Positions 48,476 to 57,713 of a DNA stretch of 64,000 bases are shown piece by piece. Position numbers and translations under genes: made by a program. The stretch comes from an uncultured Gammaproteobacteria bacterium (GTDB taxonomy: Bacteria > Pseudomonadota > Gammaproteobacteria > JAURND01): positions 288,001 to 352,000 of the forward strand of contig CAVQQD010000001.1 in the NCBI GenBank assembly GCA_963714975.1, given 5' to 3'. Position 1 is the stretch's first letter. Each line of letters begins with the position of its first letter. Under the pieces are notes generated by a model. It did not search any database. It was not told the origin of the DNA and saw only the letters and a list, made by a program, of their open reading frames with translations.

Positions 48476-49793
48476 CACTGCTCCGTTTGGGGTCAAAAGC
48501 ATCACGCACCGCATCTGAAAATAAATTAGCCGACAGCACCAAGATAAACATAAACGCAAATGCTGCAGCTAATGGCCACCAGACGACGGGTTCGCGCGCT
48601 AATTCCATCCGTGCGCTGTTAATCATATTTCCCCAACTCATCGTCGAAGGATCTACGCCAACTCCTACATACGATAAAACAGCCTCTGCCAAAACCAACA
48701 TACTAAAATCCAAAACTAAAGTAATTAAGATAATGTGTTGCACATTACGCACGATATGCCGGGTAATAATTCGACCATTAGACACTCCCATCACCTTCGC
48801 TGCTTGGACAAAATCTATTTCCCGCAACTTCAGAGTTTCACCACGAATCAATCGACACAAGTCAGTCCAACTGGTAATTCCCAATATCGCGCAGAGAATA
48901 AACAAGCGTGCATCTGCTCGCGTCGCCAAATCAGGAAATAAATACAAATGGCTGCCAATAAAAACTTGCAGAGATAAAATTGCAGCGGTAATTAATAACA
49001 CGCCAGGAATGGAACTTAGGGTGGTATAAACATATTGAATGATATCGTCCACCCAACCGCCAAAATAACCGGCTAAAGTACCAAAAAATATGGCGAATGG
49101 CAGCATAAATAACGTGGTCAAAGTTCCAATGACTACTCCGGTCCGAATACTTTTTAAACTCGCATAAAACATATCTTGGCCAACTTTATCAGTGCCAAAG
49201 ATCGCATAAAATTTCGACAAATCTAAAGTCACAACAGCAGCCACTAACACTAAAGCAAGTCCGAGAAAAAAACTGCGCACCGCCAGTTTGCTCCGCCCGC
49301 TTAATACCATGCGAAATTGTCGAAAAATAGTTTCATGAGCCTGTTTAGCTGCATAAATAATAGTGAAACCCAATAATATCAGCCATGCTAACCCCACCTT
49401 TGCCAAATCAATACCAATATGACTAACAATTTTCTCCCAGGAAATTCCTGGTTGTAACGCAACCGCAAAAGGCGCTGTATAAGTTTCTTGTGAAATTTCA
49501 CCCAATGGCCATACCAATACATCGAATAAACTCTTTACCTGAGTAGAATAATAAATAACTCCAGATTCGGATACTGGCAATGCAGGATGAAAGTGCAAAG
49601 AGTCCAGTAAAGCTATCAAGAAAAAAACAACTAATAAGACCAGTGAAAACATCGCGATTGGACCGGCCAATACCCTCTGCCAAGTTTCTCGCAGCAATTC
49701 ATTCCGACGTGAATAAACCACAAAAATTAAGATAAATAATGTCAATACATAAAATAAAACATCGGTCACTAGTAGCACTGGTTGCACTGTCAT
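48468..49793 (-). CDS. Peptide ABC transporter permease (DppC/OppC-like)
   Basis: GTDKVGQD, EAA-like FVQAAKVMG and SWGNMI motifs. Confidence 0.9.
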   Translation of the reverse strand: MTVQPVLLVTDVLFYVLTLFILIFVVYSRRNELLRETWQRVLAGPIAMFSLVLLVVFFLIALLDSLHFHPALPVSESGVIYYSTQVKSLFDVLVWPLGEISQETYTAPFAVALQPGISWEKIVSHIGIDLAKVGLAWLILLGFTIIYAAKQAHETIFRQFRMVLSGRSKLAVRSFFLGLALVLVAAVVTLDLSKFYAIFGTDKVGQDMFYASLKSIRTGVVIGTLTTLFMLPFAIFFGTLAGYFGGWVDDIIQYVYTTLSSIPGVLLITAAILSLQVFIGSHLYLFPDLATRADARLFILCAILGITSWTDLCRLIRGETLKLREIDFVQAAKVMGVSNGRIITRHIVRNVQHIILITLVLDFSMLVLAEAVLSYVGVGVDPSTMSWGNMINSARMELAREPVVWWPLAAAFAFMFILVLSANLFSDAVRDAFDPKRSSDG

Positions 49794-49802
49794 GTTTTAA
49801 AT

Positions 49803-49925
49803 CCTCCTCTCCCCACCCTCGAGGCTCGTCGTCCCGGCATTTGACCCCATCTCCTCAACCCTCCCCCACTTTCCCGAGTACACATGTACTCGGGATGCCG
49901 TGTGCTCGGGCGGGAGAGAGGGAGC
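49803..49925. repeat. Mosaic of family A and GTCGTCCCG repeat fragments with a TCCCGAGTACACATGTACTCGGGA palindrome
   Basis: Read directly from the sequence; intra-operonic. Confidence 0.65.
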
Positions 49926-49926
49926 A

Positions 49927-50907
49927 TTAATTATGGAACCTAATCCGAGGGTCAACTATCGTATAAGAAATATCAGTCAAAATAAGTCCCAAGACATACA
50001 GCACTGTTCCCAGATACACCATAACTCGCACAATATCAAAATCCTGCTGTGCAATAGCATCAATGGTATAACTTCCCAGTCCTGGAATTCCAAAAAAGGA
50101 TTCCAAAATTAAACTACCCATAAATAAGGTCGGAATAACCACCACCACCCCGGTTAAAATAGGAATTAAGCCATTTTTCAATACATGCTTAAATAAAACC
50201 CTGACCTCAGATAAGCCTTTTGATCGCGCGGTGGTGACATACTCTTTATGCACTTCTTCTAAAAAAATCGTGCGGTACCAACGTGTTCCCGCACCGATGC
50301 CACTTAATACACCCACTAAGATCGGCAAAATCACGAATTTGCTCGCAGCAAGACCACTTTCGTAACCTGAAATCGGCACGATTTGCAGCACCTTGGCAAA
50401 TAAATATTGCCCACCAATGATATAAAATAAGCTAGAAATCGACATCAACACGACACACATCACAACGCCCCAGACATCAACGTAGGCACCACGAAAAAAA
50501 GCCATAAATAAAGCAAAGCTAATATTAACTGCTAATCCTAGTAATAAAGTCGGCAAGGCAATCGCTAGGCTCGGCCACATTCGCTGACCAATATCATAAC
50601 CAATATCACGCCCACGTTGTGAGGTACCAAAATCAAACGCGAATAATCCCAGCGATTTTTTATAAAACAAAGTTTCAGTAAACTGCCCCCAACCCGCTGC
50701 TTGGTCGTTAAAAAACAGCGGTACATCATAGCCCTTGCTATGTTTCCATTGTTCGATGGCAGCCGGCGTTGCATATTTTTGTCCCAACTGAAATCGGGCC
50801 ATATCATCCGGGCTATTCACCATAAAAAACAACATGAAGGTGATCAGGTTTACCCCGATTAACACCGGAATCGCATAAAATAAACGCCTTATAATGTAAG
50901 CAAGCAT
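49927..50907 (-). CDS. Peptide ABC transporter permease (DppB/OppB-like)
   Basis: YIIRRL, YVTTARSKGL, E..F.IPGLG and DPRIR motifs. Confidence 0.92.
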   Translation of the reverse strand: MLAYIIRRLFYAIPVLIGVNLITFMLFFMVNSPDDMARFQLGQKYATPAAIEQWKHSKGYDVPLFFNDQAAGWGQFTETLFYKKSLGLFAFDFGTSQRGRDIGYDIGQRMWPSLAIALPTLLLGLAVNISFALFMAFFRGAYVDVWGVVMCVVLMSISSLFYIIGGQYLFAKVLQIVPISGYESGLAASKFVILPILVGVLSGIGAGTRWYRTIFLEEVHKEYVTTARSKGLSEVRVLFKHVLKNGLIPILTGVVVVIPTLFMGSLILESFFGIPGLGSYTIDAIAQQDFDIVRVMVYLGTVLYVLGLILTDISYTIVDPRIRFHN

Positions 50908-50909
50908 CT

Positions 50910-53114
50910 TTATCCTACTGAATATCTTTTAATAGGTCGGCGGATAGCCCTGCGATACTGGCCATAGGCCGGTAGCAATAAACCCAACAACACTAGCAAG
51001 AAAATCAACAGCGGCCAAATAATCGGCTGATTCCATGCCACTATTGATTGTACGCGCAAAGCCGGATCCAAGCTTTGATATTTAAGCGCGTTGACAATGA
51101 TCGAGTTAGGCTTTAAAGGCTGTAACCATGCCTGCGCCAATAAAAAATCTTTAGGGAAAACTCCCCAAATCCAAGGGCTGTCTTGCCGCGCAATAGCGAG
51201 CATTTTTTGCAACAAGCGCAAACGCTCCGGCCCATTGGGCAAAGCTTTCATCTGTAAAAACAGGGTATCAAAGCGGTCGTTTTGATAATTCGCTGCATTA
51301 TTCCCCCCAAATCTTACTTGACCATTTGGTCCATAGAGTAAATTTAAAAAATTTTCTGGATCTGGGTAATCCGCCACCCAGCCAAAGGGAAAAATTTGCA
51401 CATTCCCCGTGCGCAGCTTATCCAAAAATCGATTGTAATCGGTACTTTGAATCAACAGCTCAATGCCTAATTGAGCAAATTGTTTGCGCATCCAGCCAAA
51501 TTCATCTTTGTCCGCTGGAGTAAGAGATGACGTGTCGTAATGCAACACCAACGGCTTGCCAGTTTGCGCACTCCTGCCATTGGGATAACCGGCTTGCGCC
51601 AATAATTGCCTGGCCATCGCAATCGATTTGCGTTTCGGTTCCCCATTGATCACATCATACACGTAGGGGTTAACACCCTCTTTTCCCGCTAAAAATCCAA
51701 ATATCCCAGGCGGAATTGGCCCTTGAGCTGGAATGCCACGACCGTTGAGAAAAATAGTAATGAATTGTTCCTCATTTAATGCAATAGAAATGGCTTGGCG
51801 TAGTTTTCGTGCTGATTCACTGTAGCCCCCAACCACCGGGTCAAGCATATTAAACCCGAAAGAAAAGCTGGCCGTTTGAATGCTAGTCTGTAAGCGAATA
51901 TTGCGGTCTTTTAATCTTGGCGTTAATTGGGGGTTGCCTGTCGCATCTAATTGAATTGCTTCACCAAAGGTATCGGAACTAATTTGCGACTGATCGTAAT
52001 AGCCTTGTAAAAATTTATTCCAACGCGGGATGGATTCTTTTTCCAAGCTAAATACATATTTATCGATTAAAGGCAGCCGTTTACCCGCATTCGCTAAATA
52101 TCCGGCTTGCTGATCTCCTGGCTCTCCTTCGGATGGGTAATAGGCCGGATGAAAATTAGGATTTTTGACTAACACCATTTGCCGATTCGGATTATTCTCG
52201 GCCAATAAATAGGGCCCGGTTCCTACCGGATACCAACTAAAACTTAAATTTTTCTTCCTCATACCGGGTTGCGAATAAAACAGATCTGCTTCCCAGGGAA
52301 TAGGGACAAAATAGGGCATGGCTAGCCAATATATGAACTGACGATATTGCCCTTGCAAAATAATGCGATAAGTATATCGATCTAATACTATCGCTCCCTC
52401 TAACGGATAATTTCTTAAGTCTAAAAAGGCATCGGATTTGCGTGAATTGTATAAGCCCTGTAATTGCTGTGAATACGCGGTTAACCCAAGAACATATTTT
52501 TGCAATAAGCCCAGAACAGGAGAATTTAAGCCTGGATGAGCCAAACGTTTTATGCCATAAACATAATCTTCGGCCGTCAGTTCGCGAGTTCCGGTCTGTT
52601 TAAAGTCGGATAAAGTAGTAATCTCGGCCATTGGTGCTGGGGAAAGATTTAGGTACAGGTAGTTTCCACTGCTATCTTGAGCAAATGCAGGATGAGGTTG
52701 ATAATAAATTCCTGGCTGAATTTGAATATCGTAGGTGGTATAGGCAATTTGCTTTTGCGGCGCATCATCCGGTAATTTCCGGCGTTTAGCGTCCCAATAA
52801 CGAACCATCGGCATGGTTTTGGCAGTTTGCGGTATTAAAGTAAAAGGGCGTTTCAGATAGTGGTATTGCAGCGGCGCTTCATAGATTTGCGCAATGAATA
52901 CCAGTTCATCTTCAGACATCGACTGCGCAGGGTCTAAGCTCTTGGGAGAGCTGGCAAAAGAACCGTAACGGATATTTTCCGCATAATCCTGCAAAGAATG
53001 GGGATTATTGATGACTTGATCTTTGCATCCTACTAGTAATGTCATCCCGAAAGCTGTCATCCCGAGCAAGCTGTCATCCCGAGCGAAGCGAGGGATCTCA
53101 CTAGGTTGTGCCAC
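50910..53114 (-). CDS. Peptide ABC transporter substrate-binding lipoprotein (SBP family 5); start region is repeat-derived, alternative start at 53206
   Basis: Lipobox LVGC; SLDPA, PVGTGPY and GWVADYPDPENF motifs. Confidence 0.88.
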   Translation of the reverse strand: MAQPSEIPRFARDDSLLGMTAFGMTLLVGCKDQVINNPHSLQDYAENIRYGSFASSPKSLDPAQSMSEDELVFIAQIYEAPLQYHYLKRPFTLIPQTAKTMPMVRYWDAKRRKLPDDAPQKQIAYTTYDIQIQPGIYYQPHPAFAQDSSGNYLYLNLSPAPMAEITTLSDFKQTGTRELTAEDYVYGIKRLAHPGLNSPVLGLLQKYVLGLTAYSQQLQGLYNSRKSDAFLDLRNYPLEGAIVLDRYTYRIILQGQYRQFIYWLAMPYFVPIPWEADLFYSQPGMRKKNLSFSWYPVGTGPYLLAENNPNRQMVLVKNPNFHPAYYPSEGEPGDQQAGYLANAGKRLPLIDKYVFSLEKESIPRWNKFLQGYYDQSQISSDTFGEAIQLDATGNPQLTPRLKDRNIRLQTSIQTASFSFGFNMLDPVVGGYSESARKLRQAISIALNEEQFITIFLNGRGIPAQGPIPPGIFGFLAGKEGVNPYVYDVINGEPKRKSIAMARQLLAQAGYPNGRSAQTGKPLVLHYDTSSLTPADKDEFGWMRKQFAQLGIELLIQSTDYNRFLDKLRTGNVQIFPFGWVADYPDPENFLNLLYGPNGQVRFGGNNAANYQNDRFDTLFLQMKALPNGPERLRLLQKMLAIARQDSPWIWGVFPKDFLLAQAWLQPLKPNSIIVNALKYQSLDPALRVQSIVAWNQPIIWPLLIFLLVLLGLLLPAYGQYRRAIRRPIKRYSVG

Positions 53115-53197
53115 ATTAATGAGATCCCTCGCTTCGCTCGGGATGACAGCTGTGCTTGGGATGACAACAGCTGCGCGCGGGATAACAGCTGCGGGGA
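53041..53197. repeat. GTCATCCCGAGCGAAGCGAGGGATCT-family palindrome with tandemly reiterated ends
   Basis: Perfect 32-bp IR at 53069-53100 / 53120-53151; extra end units at spacings 17 and 15 (left) and 18, 21, 15 (right). Confidence 0.92.
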
Positions 53198-53202
53198 TTT
53201 AG

Positions 53203-54477
53203 TCATTTCCATCGATATTTCGTCCAAGATATCACTGCGACCACCGCGTTAATGATACCGACAACTAAAAATAGTTCAACTGTGGAAAATTTCAGGGATA
53301 AAAACCCCACGGCAAAGATCGAAGCGACCACCATAAATAACGCAGTAACAATATTGTTACAAGCAATCACGCGCGAACGAAACTCTGGGATGCTCTGCGC
53401 TTGCAATAGCGTATATAAAGGGACCGTGTAAAACCCGCCAAAAAAAGCCATGATAAATAAATCCAGAGCAATCCGCCCCCCAGACAGTGTCCCCAAAAAG
53501 CCAGCAACACTCGCATCAGGCAAGGGGACAAAATTATGGCTGACCCAGCATAAATCAAGCATAAAAATTGACATGCCCAAGATCCCTAAGGGTACATATT
53601 TCGCCGTAATGCTTCCTTTCAGCAAGCGGGCGCAAAACAAACTCCCTATACCAATACCCACGGTGAACAATAATAAAAATAAACTGACCACGTATTTATT
53701 GCCACCAATGCTTTCTTTAACATACACCGGAAATTGCGTCACAAAAATTAGGCCAATAAACCAAAACCAAGAAATCAGTCCAATAGTAAAGGGAATACCA
53801 GACATCCCGGTAACTTCCTGCCACAAGGCTTTTAGGTCGCGAACCAGATTAAATGTTAGCTGCAGGTGGGGACGTGCCAAAGGGATCGGCGGAATCAATA
53901 AGCTACTGAACCAGCCTATTACTGCCACGACAATGCTAATCCCAGCCAGGACTAACGCTTCACCATGGGAAGCACCCAAGGTGCTGCCTAATAAAGTGCC
54001 CACTAAAATGGCGATAAAGGTACTCGCCTCAATTATGCCATTACCGGTAAGTAACTCCCCTGGGCGCAACAAATAAGGTAAGGAAGAATATTTAATTGGC
54101 CCAAAAAAACTTGAATGGGTGCCCATCAAAAAAACAGTGAGCATTAAAACCCAGGTACTTTGATAGTAAAACCCCAGAGCAGCAATGAGCATAAACAAGA
54201 TTTCGCACAGCTTAATAATGCGAATAATTCGGGTGCGTGAGAATTTATCGGCTAATTGACCCGCAAGGGCTGAAAACAACAAAAAAGGAAGAATGAATAT
54301 CCCTGCCAATAGGTTAATTAATAGTTGGGCATGGTGGGTATCCTGAACTAATTGGAAGGTGATCAACATGGCTAAACCGGTCTTGAACAAGTTGTCGTTA
54401 AAGGCGCCGGCAAATTGAGTCAGAAATAAGGGGAAAAACCGCTTGGTATTAAAGAATTGAAATTGCGCTTGAGGCAC
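53203..54477 (-). CDS. MFS transporter (LplT/Aas-associated type)
   Basis: FLTQF.GAFNDN.FK, AGQLADK, FFGP.KY and RSRVIA.NNI motifs. Confidence 0.88.
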   Translation of the reverse strand: MPQAQFQFFNTKRFFPLFLTQFAGAFNDNLFKTGLAMLITFQLVQDTHHAQLLINLLAGIFILPFLLFSALAGQLADKFSRTRIIRIIKLCEILFMLIAALGFYYQSTWVLMLTVFLMGTHSSFFGPIKYSSLPYLLRPGELLTGNGIIEASTFIAILVGTLLGSTLGASHGEALVLAGISIVVAVIGWFSSLLIPPIPLARPHLQLTFNLVRDLKALWQEVTGMSGIPFTIGLISWFWFIGLIFVTQFPVYVKESIGGNKYVVSLFLLLFTVGIGIGSLFCARLLKGSITAKYVPLGILGMSIFMLDLCWVSHNFVPLPDASVAGFLGTLSGGRIALDLFIMAFFGGFYTVPLYTLLQAQSIPEFRSRVIACNNIVTALFMVVASIFAVGFLSLKFSTVELFLVVGIINAVVAVISWTKYRWK

Positions 54478-54491
54478 TGGTGTCTCCGAAC

Positions 54492-54528
54492 TAGAATCTC
54501 TCTCCCGCTTGCGGGAGAAGGGATTCTA
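54492..54528. repeat. Family A-derived hairpin
   Basis: TAGAATC..TCTCCCGCTTGCGGGAGA...GATTCTA. Confidence 0.75.
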
Positions 54529-54540
54529 TCATGGCGCCAA

Positions 54541-54564
54541 TAAAAAAACCCGCTCATCGCGGGT
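54541..54564 (-). terminator. Rho-independent terminator
   Basis: ACCCGC-GATGA-GCGGGT followed by a T run on the minus strand. Confidence 0.75.
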
Positions 54565-54795
54565 CAAAAAAAGGTGTTGCGAAGATACCGTACACTGAGC
54601 CATTCCAAGTTGTACGGCGGAAAATAACCACGCCACATTAGGCTTTCTGCTCATTGACAGCTATGCACACAATGGCTTGAGTCAAGTTCCTTATCTTCTA
54701 TTAATATCGGTTCAGGACAAGTATCACCCCAACACCTAATATAACTATAGCAAGGATTAAGACTTTTGCAATTCGGCTCAGAAAAACTACGAGCT

Positions 54796-55146
54796 TCAGA
54801 AATAATTATTGCCCGTAGCTTCTTTATCCCCTGCTTGGGTAATTGGTGTTTCAACGGTGTAGCTTCTACTAATAGCATAAGCATAAGTTAACAAGGCAAT
54901 CAGAATAATTCCACCCATGACACTACCATAAATTTCAGCAGCTAATTTTAAGGAATCTGACTGAACAAACTCAGGAAACCCCTGTAATCCTTTCAACTGG
55001 AACTCCGGATCACTAAGTTTCGCAATTTGCTCAATTAGCGTCATGATGCCATAAGCCAGGGCGATACCTAAGGGCGGCATCACACCGAGTATAGCGGTTT
55101 TTTTTGCGATATTGATTGCGCGATTTTTAATGGGATAAAAAAACAC
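54796..55146 (-). CDS. Hypothetical 2-TM membrane protein
   Basis: Two hydrophobic helices; overlaps the upstream gene. Confidence 0.6.
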   Translation of the reverse strand: MFFYPIKNRAINIAKKTAILGVMPPLGIALAYGIMTLIEQIAKLSDPEFQLKGLQGFPEFVQSDSLKLAAEIYGSVMGGIILIALLTYAYAISRSYTVETPITQAGDKEATGNNYF

Positions 55147-55519
55147 TAGTATTTATTAGTTGTTGGTTACGTTGATTAAAAGCTGCCTGCCCTATGCCTT
55201 GCCATTCTCCTCGTTCCACGAACTCACCCATCTGAGTCCAGCCGGCTACTTGGTTATTATATGTCGCTCCTTTCCTGCTATTGCTACCTATTACTGCTTG
55301 ATCAAAATCGTTCATAATAGCTATTAGATGGCTACAAATTTCCTTTGTCTCGCGCCTAAGTACAGCTTGTGTTTCCTCCTCGGCTTTAGGTTCTAAACAG
55401 TTTGCCAATTGAGTTAAATTAGGATTTTCAGATCCGCGAGGTATTTGCCAGGCTTTAATCTCTGTAATAAGCGTGGTTACGTCCTGTCGCGTAAACTCAA
55501 CACTACTCTGAATACTCAT
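55127..55519 (-). CDS. 130-aa orphan protein, candidate PmrA-regulated effector
   Basis: GAGG RBS; upstream PmrA-like box and TATAAT. Confidence 0.7.
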   Translation of the reverse strand: MSIQSSVEFTRQDVTTLITEIKAWQIPRGSENPNLTQLANCLEPKAEEETQAVLRRETKEICSHLIAIMNDFDQAVIGSNSRKGATYNNQVAGWTQMGEFVERGEWQGIGQAAFNQRNQQLINTSVFLSH

Positions 55520-55551
55520 AAATTTATCCTCTTAGTTAGTAATTAGGAGAC

Positions 55552-55584
55552 ATTATAGTCGGAAAACCTTATTGAAATATTAAT
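55552..55584 (-). promoter_or_regulatory. PmrA-like box plus -10 element
   Basis: ATTAATATT-TC-AATAAGGTT-N7-TATAAT. Confidence 0.7.
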
Positions 55585-55714
55585 GCTTTACCCGGAATCA
55601 CGGAATCACTTCTTCACTAGCCACTGCATTGGATTTTAGGCTAGAATCTAAAGGCCTCCTTGTCTCGGCAGGGATGCCAGGATCCACAGCGCATGCAGGA
55701 TACAAAGTTTTTTT

Positions 55715-55920
55715 GTAATCATTCACCATCCTTTGTGTGTAAAAATCCTTCTCCCCTTGTGGGAGAAGGTGCCCGAAAGGGCGGATGAGGGGTAAACTTG
55801 AAAACAGCAAAAAGCATTTTATTAGCTAAATGCTAACTGTTGCTTACCCCTCACCCGCGCGCCTTATGGCGCGGCGGCCTCTCCCACAAGGGAAGAGGCA
55901 AAATCGTGGTGAATAGCTTC
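55715..55920 (-). mobile_element. Inverted copy of the ~200-bp GTAA-ended MITE
   Basis: GTAATCATTCACC...GGTGAATAG; shares the unique internal spacer with 26716-26914. Confidence 0.85.
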
Positions 55921-55956
55921 CTTGCAAAAACGACGCTTTCACAAGCAGGTGCTTTT

Positions 55957-57672
55957 ATGCGACTACCCGTAGGTTATGATGATTTTAAAGCCATTGTCGA
56001 CAGAGGGATGGATTTTGTTGATAAGAGTTTATTAATTCAAGAAATCCTGGATGATGTTGCTCAGGTAGCAGTAATTACCCGCCCCCGCCGTTTTGGCAAG
56101 ACCTTAAATTTGTCCATGCTGCATTACTTTTTGGCGGCTAAAGCCCATGGTCAATCTACTCAAAATTTATTCGAGGGCTTAAAAATTACTGCTTTGGGTG
56201 ACGACTATATGCAACACCAGGGCCGATATCCTGTGATCTTTGTCACCTTTAAGGAGGTGAAAAATAATCACTTTGAAGCTGCTTACGGCATGATGAAGAA
56301 ACTCATGTCACAGCTTTATCGAGAATACCAGCATGAACTACCAAATAGTCCACGATTAACCTCGAGTGATAAAGAAAAATTTCTTGCTGTGCTGGAAGAG
56401 CGGGTTGATGAACCAGCAGTTCGTTCGGCATTGGTTGATTTATGCTATTACCTGTATCAGCATTATCAAGTCAAACCTTGGTTGCTGATCGATGAGTACG
56501 ATACTCCGATTCAAGCTGCTTATGTGCATAACTACTATGACCCAATGCTCAATCTAATGCGGGGGATCTTTGGCGCTGCTTTAAAAACTAATCCCTATCT
56601 TGAAAAAGCAGTGATTACCGGCATTTTACGGGTTGCCAAAGAAAGTTTATTTTCAGGGTTAAATAATTTAGAAGTCTATACCCTGACCAATTCTAAATAT
56701 GGGCAGTATTTTGGTTTTACCGAAGATGAGGTAGAAAATTTATTACAGCAAGCAGGCTTACAAGCACAGGCGCCTGCAATTCGTGATTGGTACAATGGCT
56801 ATAAGGCAGGAACCTATACCGTCTACAATCCCTGGTCGATTGTCAAATGCATTCGCGAACAAGGAGAATTAGCTCCTTACTGGGTTAATACGAGTGATAA
56901 TCACCTGATTAAAACCCTATTACTGGGATCGAGTGAAGGCTTTAGAACTCAATTTGAGGATTTATTACAGGGCAAGACGATTGAAAAAACAATTGATGAA
57001 ACTTTGGCATTTGCTGACCTAAATCCCCAGCGAGGCAGAGGAGACTCAGCAGGTTGGAGTTTATTGTTTGCAGCGGGTTACTTGAAAGTAGTTTCTTCAC
57101 AACGGGTTGAAGAAGAATTGCAGTGTCAGTTAGATATTCCCAACCGCGAAGTACGTGGATTGTATCGACAAATCATCCGGGAATGGTTAGCTGATGGCCA
57201 CGACACGAAATGGTTTGATACGTTCTTAAATCATTTACTCACAGGTGACTTAATCGCCTTTGAGCATGATTTAAAACAGCTAGTGGAACAAACGTTTAGT
57301 GTTCACGATACCTCCAAAGATTCTGAAGTTTTTTATCATGGCTTTATGATTGGTGCGACAGCAAGTCTGTATCACAATAAAAATTATGAAATTAAATCGA
57401 ATAGGGAGAGTGGCTATGGTCGCTACGACTATATGATTTTTTCTCACGATGAAAATAAACTGACGATTTTAATTGAACTCAAACGAGTACCCAAAGAGAC
57501 GCCTAATTTCGATCAAGCCTTGGAGCAAGCGGCACAACACGCTTTGGAACAAATGGAATTGCAAAATTATGCGGCTGAAGCAAGGCAGCGTGGCAGAACT
57601 AAGATACTGCAGATTGGTCTAGCGTTTTCGGGTAAGCGGTTTATTTTAAAAAGCACATCCCCCCTTCCTTAG
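55957..57672 (+). CDS. AAA-ATPase-like domain plus C-terminal PD-(D/E)XK nuclease (DUF1703 type)
   Basis: VDKS, RPRRFGKT, LIDEYD, SGLNN and SNRESGYGRYD...IELK motifs; the tracked upstream start is MITE-derived. Confidence 0.92.
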   Translation: MRLPVGYDDFKAIVDRGMDFVDKSLLIQEILDDVAQVAVITRPRRFGKTLNLSMLHYFLAAKAHGQSTQNLFEGLKITALGDDYMQHQGRYPVIFVTFKEVKNNHFEAAYGMMKKLMSQLYREYQHELPNSPRLTSSDKEKFLAVLEERVDEPAVRSALVDLCYYLYQHYQVKPWLLIDEYDTPIQAAYVHNYYDPMLNLMRGIFGAALKTNPYLEKAVITGILRVAKESLFSGLNNLEVYTLTNSKYGQYFGFTEDEVENLLQQAGLQAQAPAIRDWYNGYKAGTYTVYNPWSIVKCIREQGELAPYWVNTSDNHLIKTLLLGSSEGFRTQFEDLLQGKTIEKTIDETLAFADLNPQRGRGDSAGWSLLFAAGYLKVVSSQRVEEELQCQLDIPNREVRGLYRQIIREWLADGHDTKWFDTFLNHLLTGDLIAFEHDLKQLVEQTFSVHDTSKDSEVFYHGFMIGATASLYHNKNYEIKSNRESGYGRYDYMIFSHDENKLTILIELKRVPKETPNFDQALEQAAQHALEQMELQNYAAEARQRGRTKILQIGLAFSGKRFILKSTSPLP

Positions 57673-57713
57673 CCCACCCTACAACTTAAAACATTTTGAA
57701 GCTAACATACCTC

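Noticed and set aside
53041-53197. CRISPR array
   Set aside because: The units are inverted and nested with 5-13 nt gaps. There are no unique ~30-nt spacers and no cas genes in the window.
55840-55956. N-terminal extension of the AAA protein; also the pyk extension to 14915 and ORFs 26595-26792, 26701-26895, 55598-55810 and 10740-11009
   Set aside because: These are translations of MITE or repeat DNA; homology starts at downstream ATGs.
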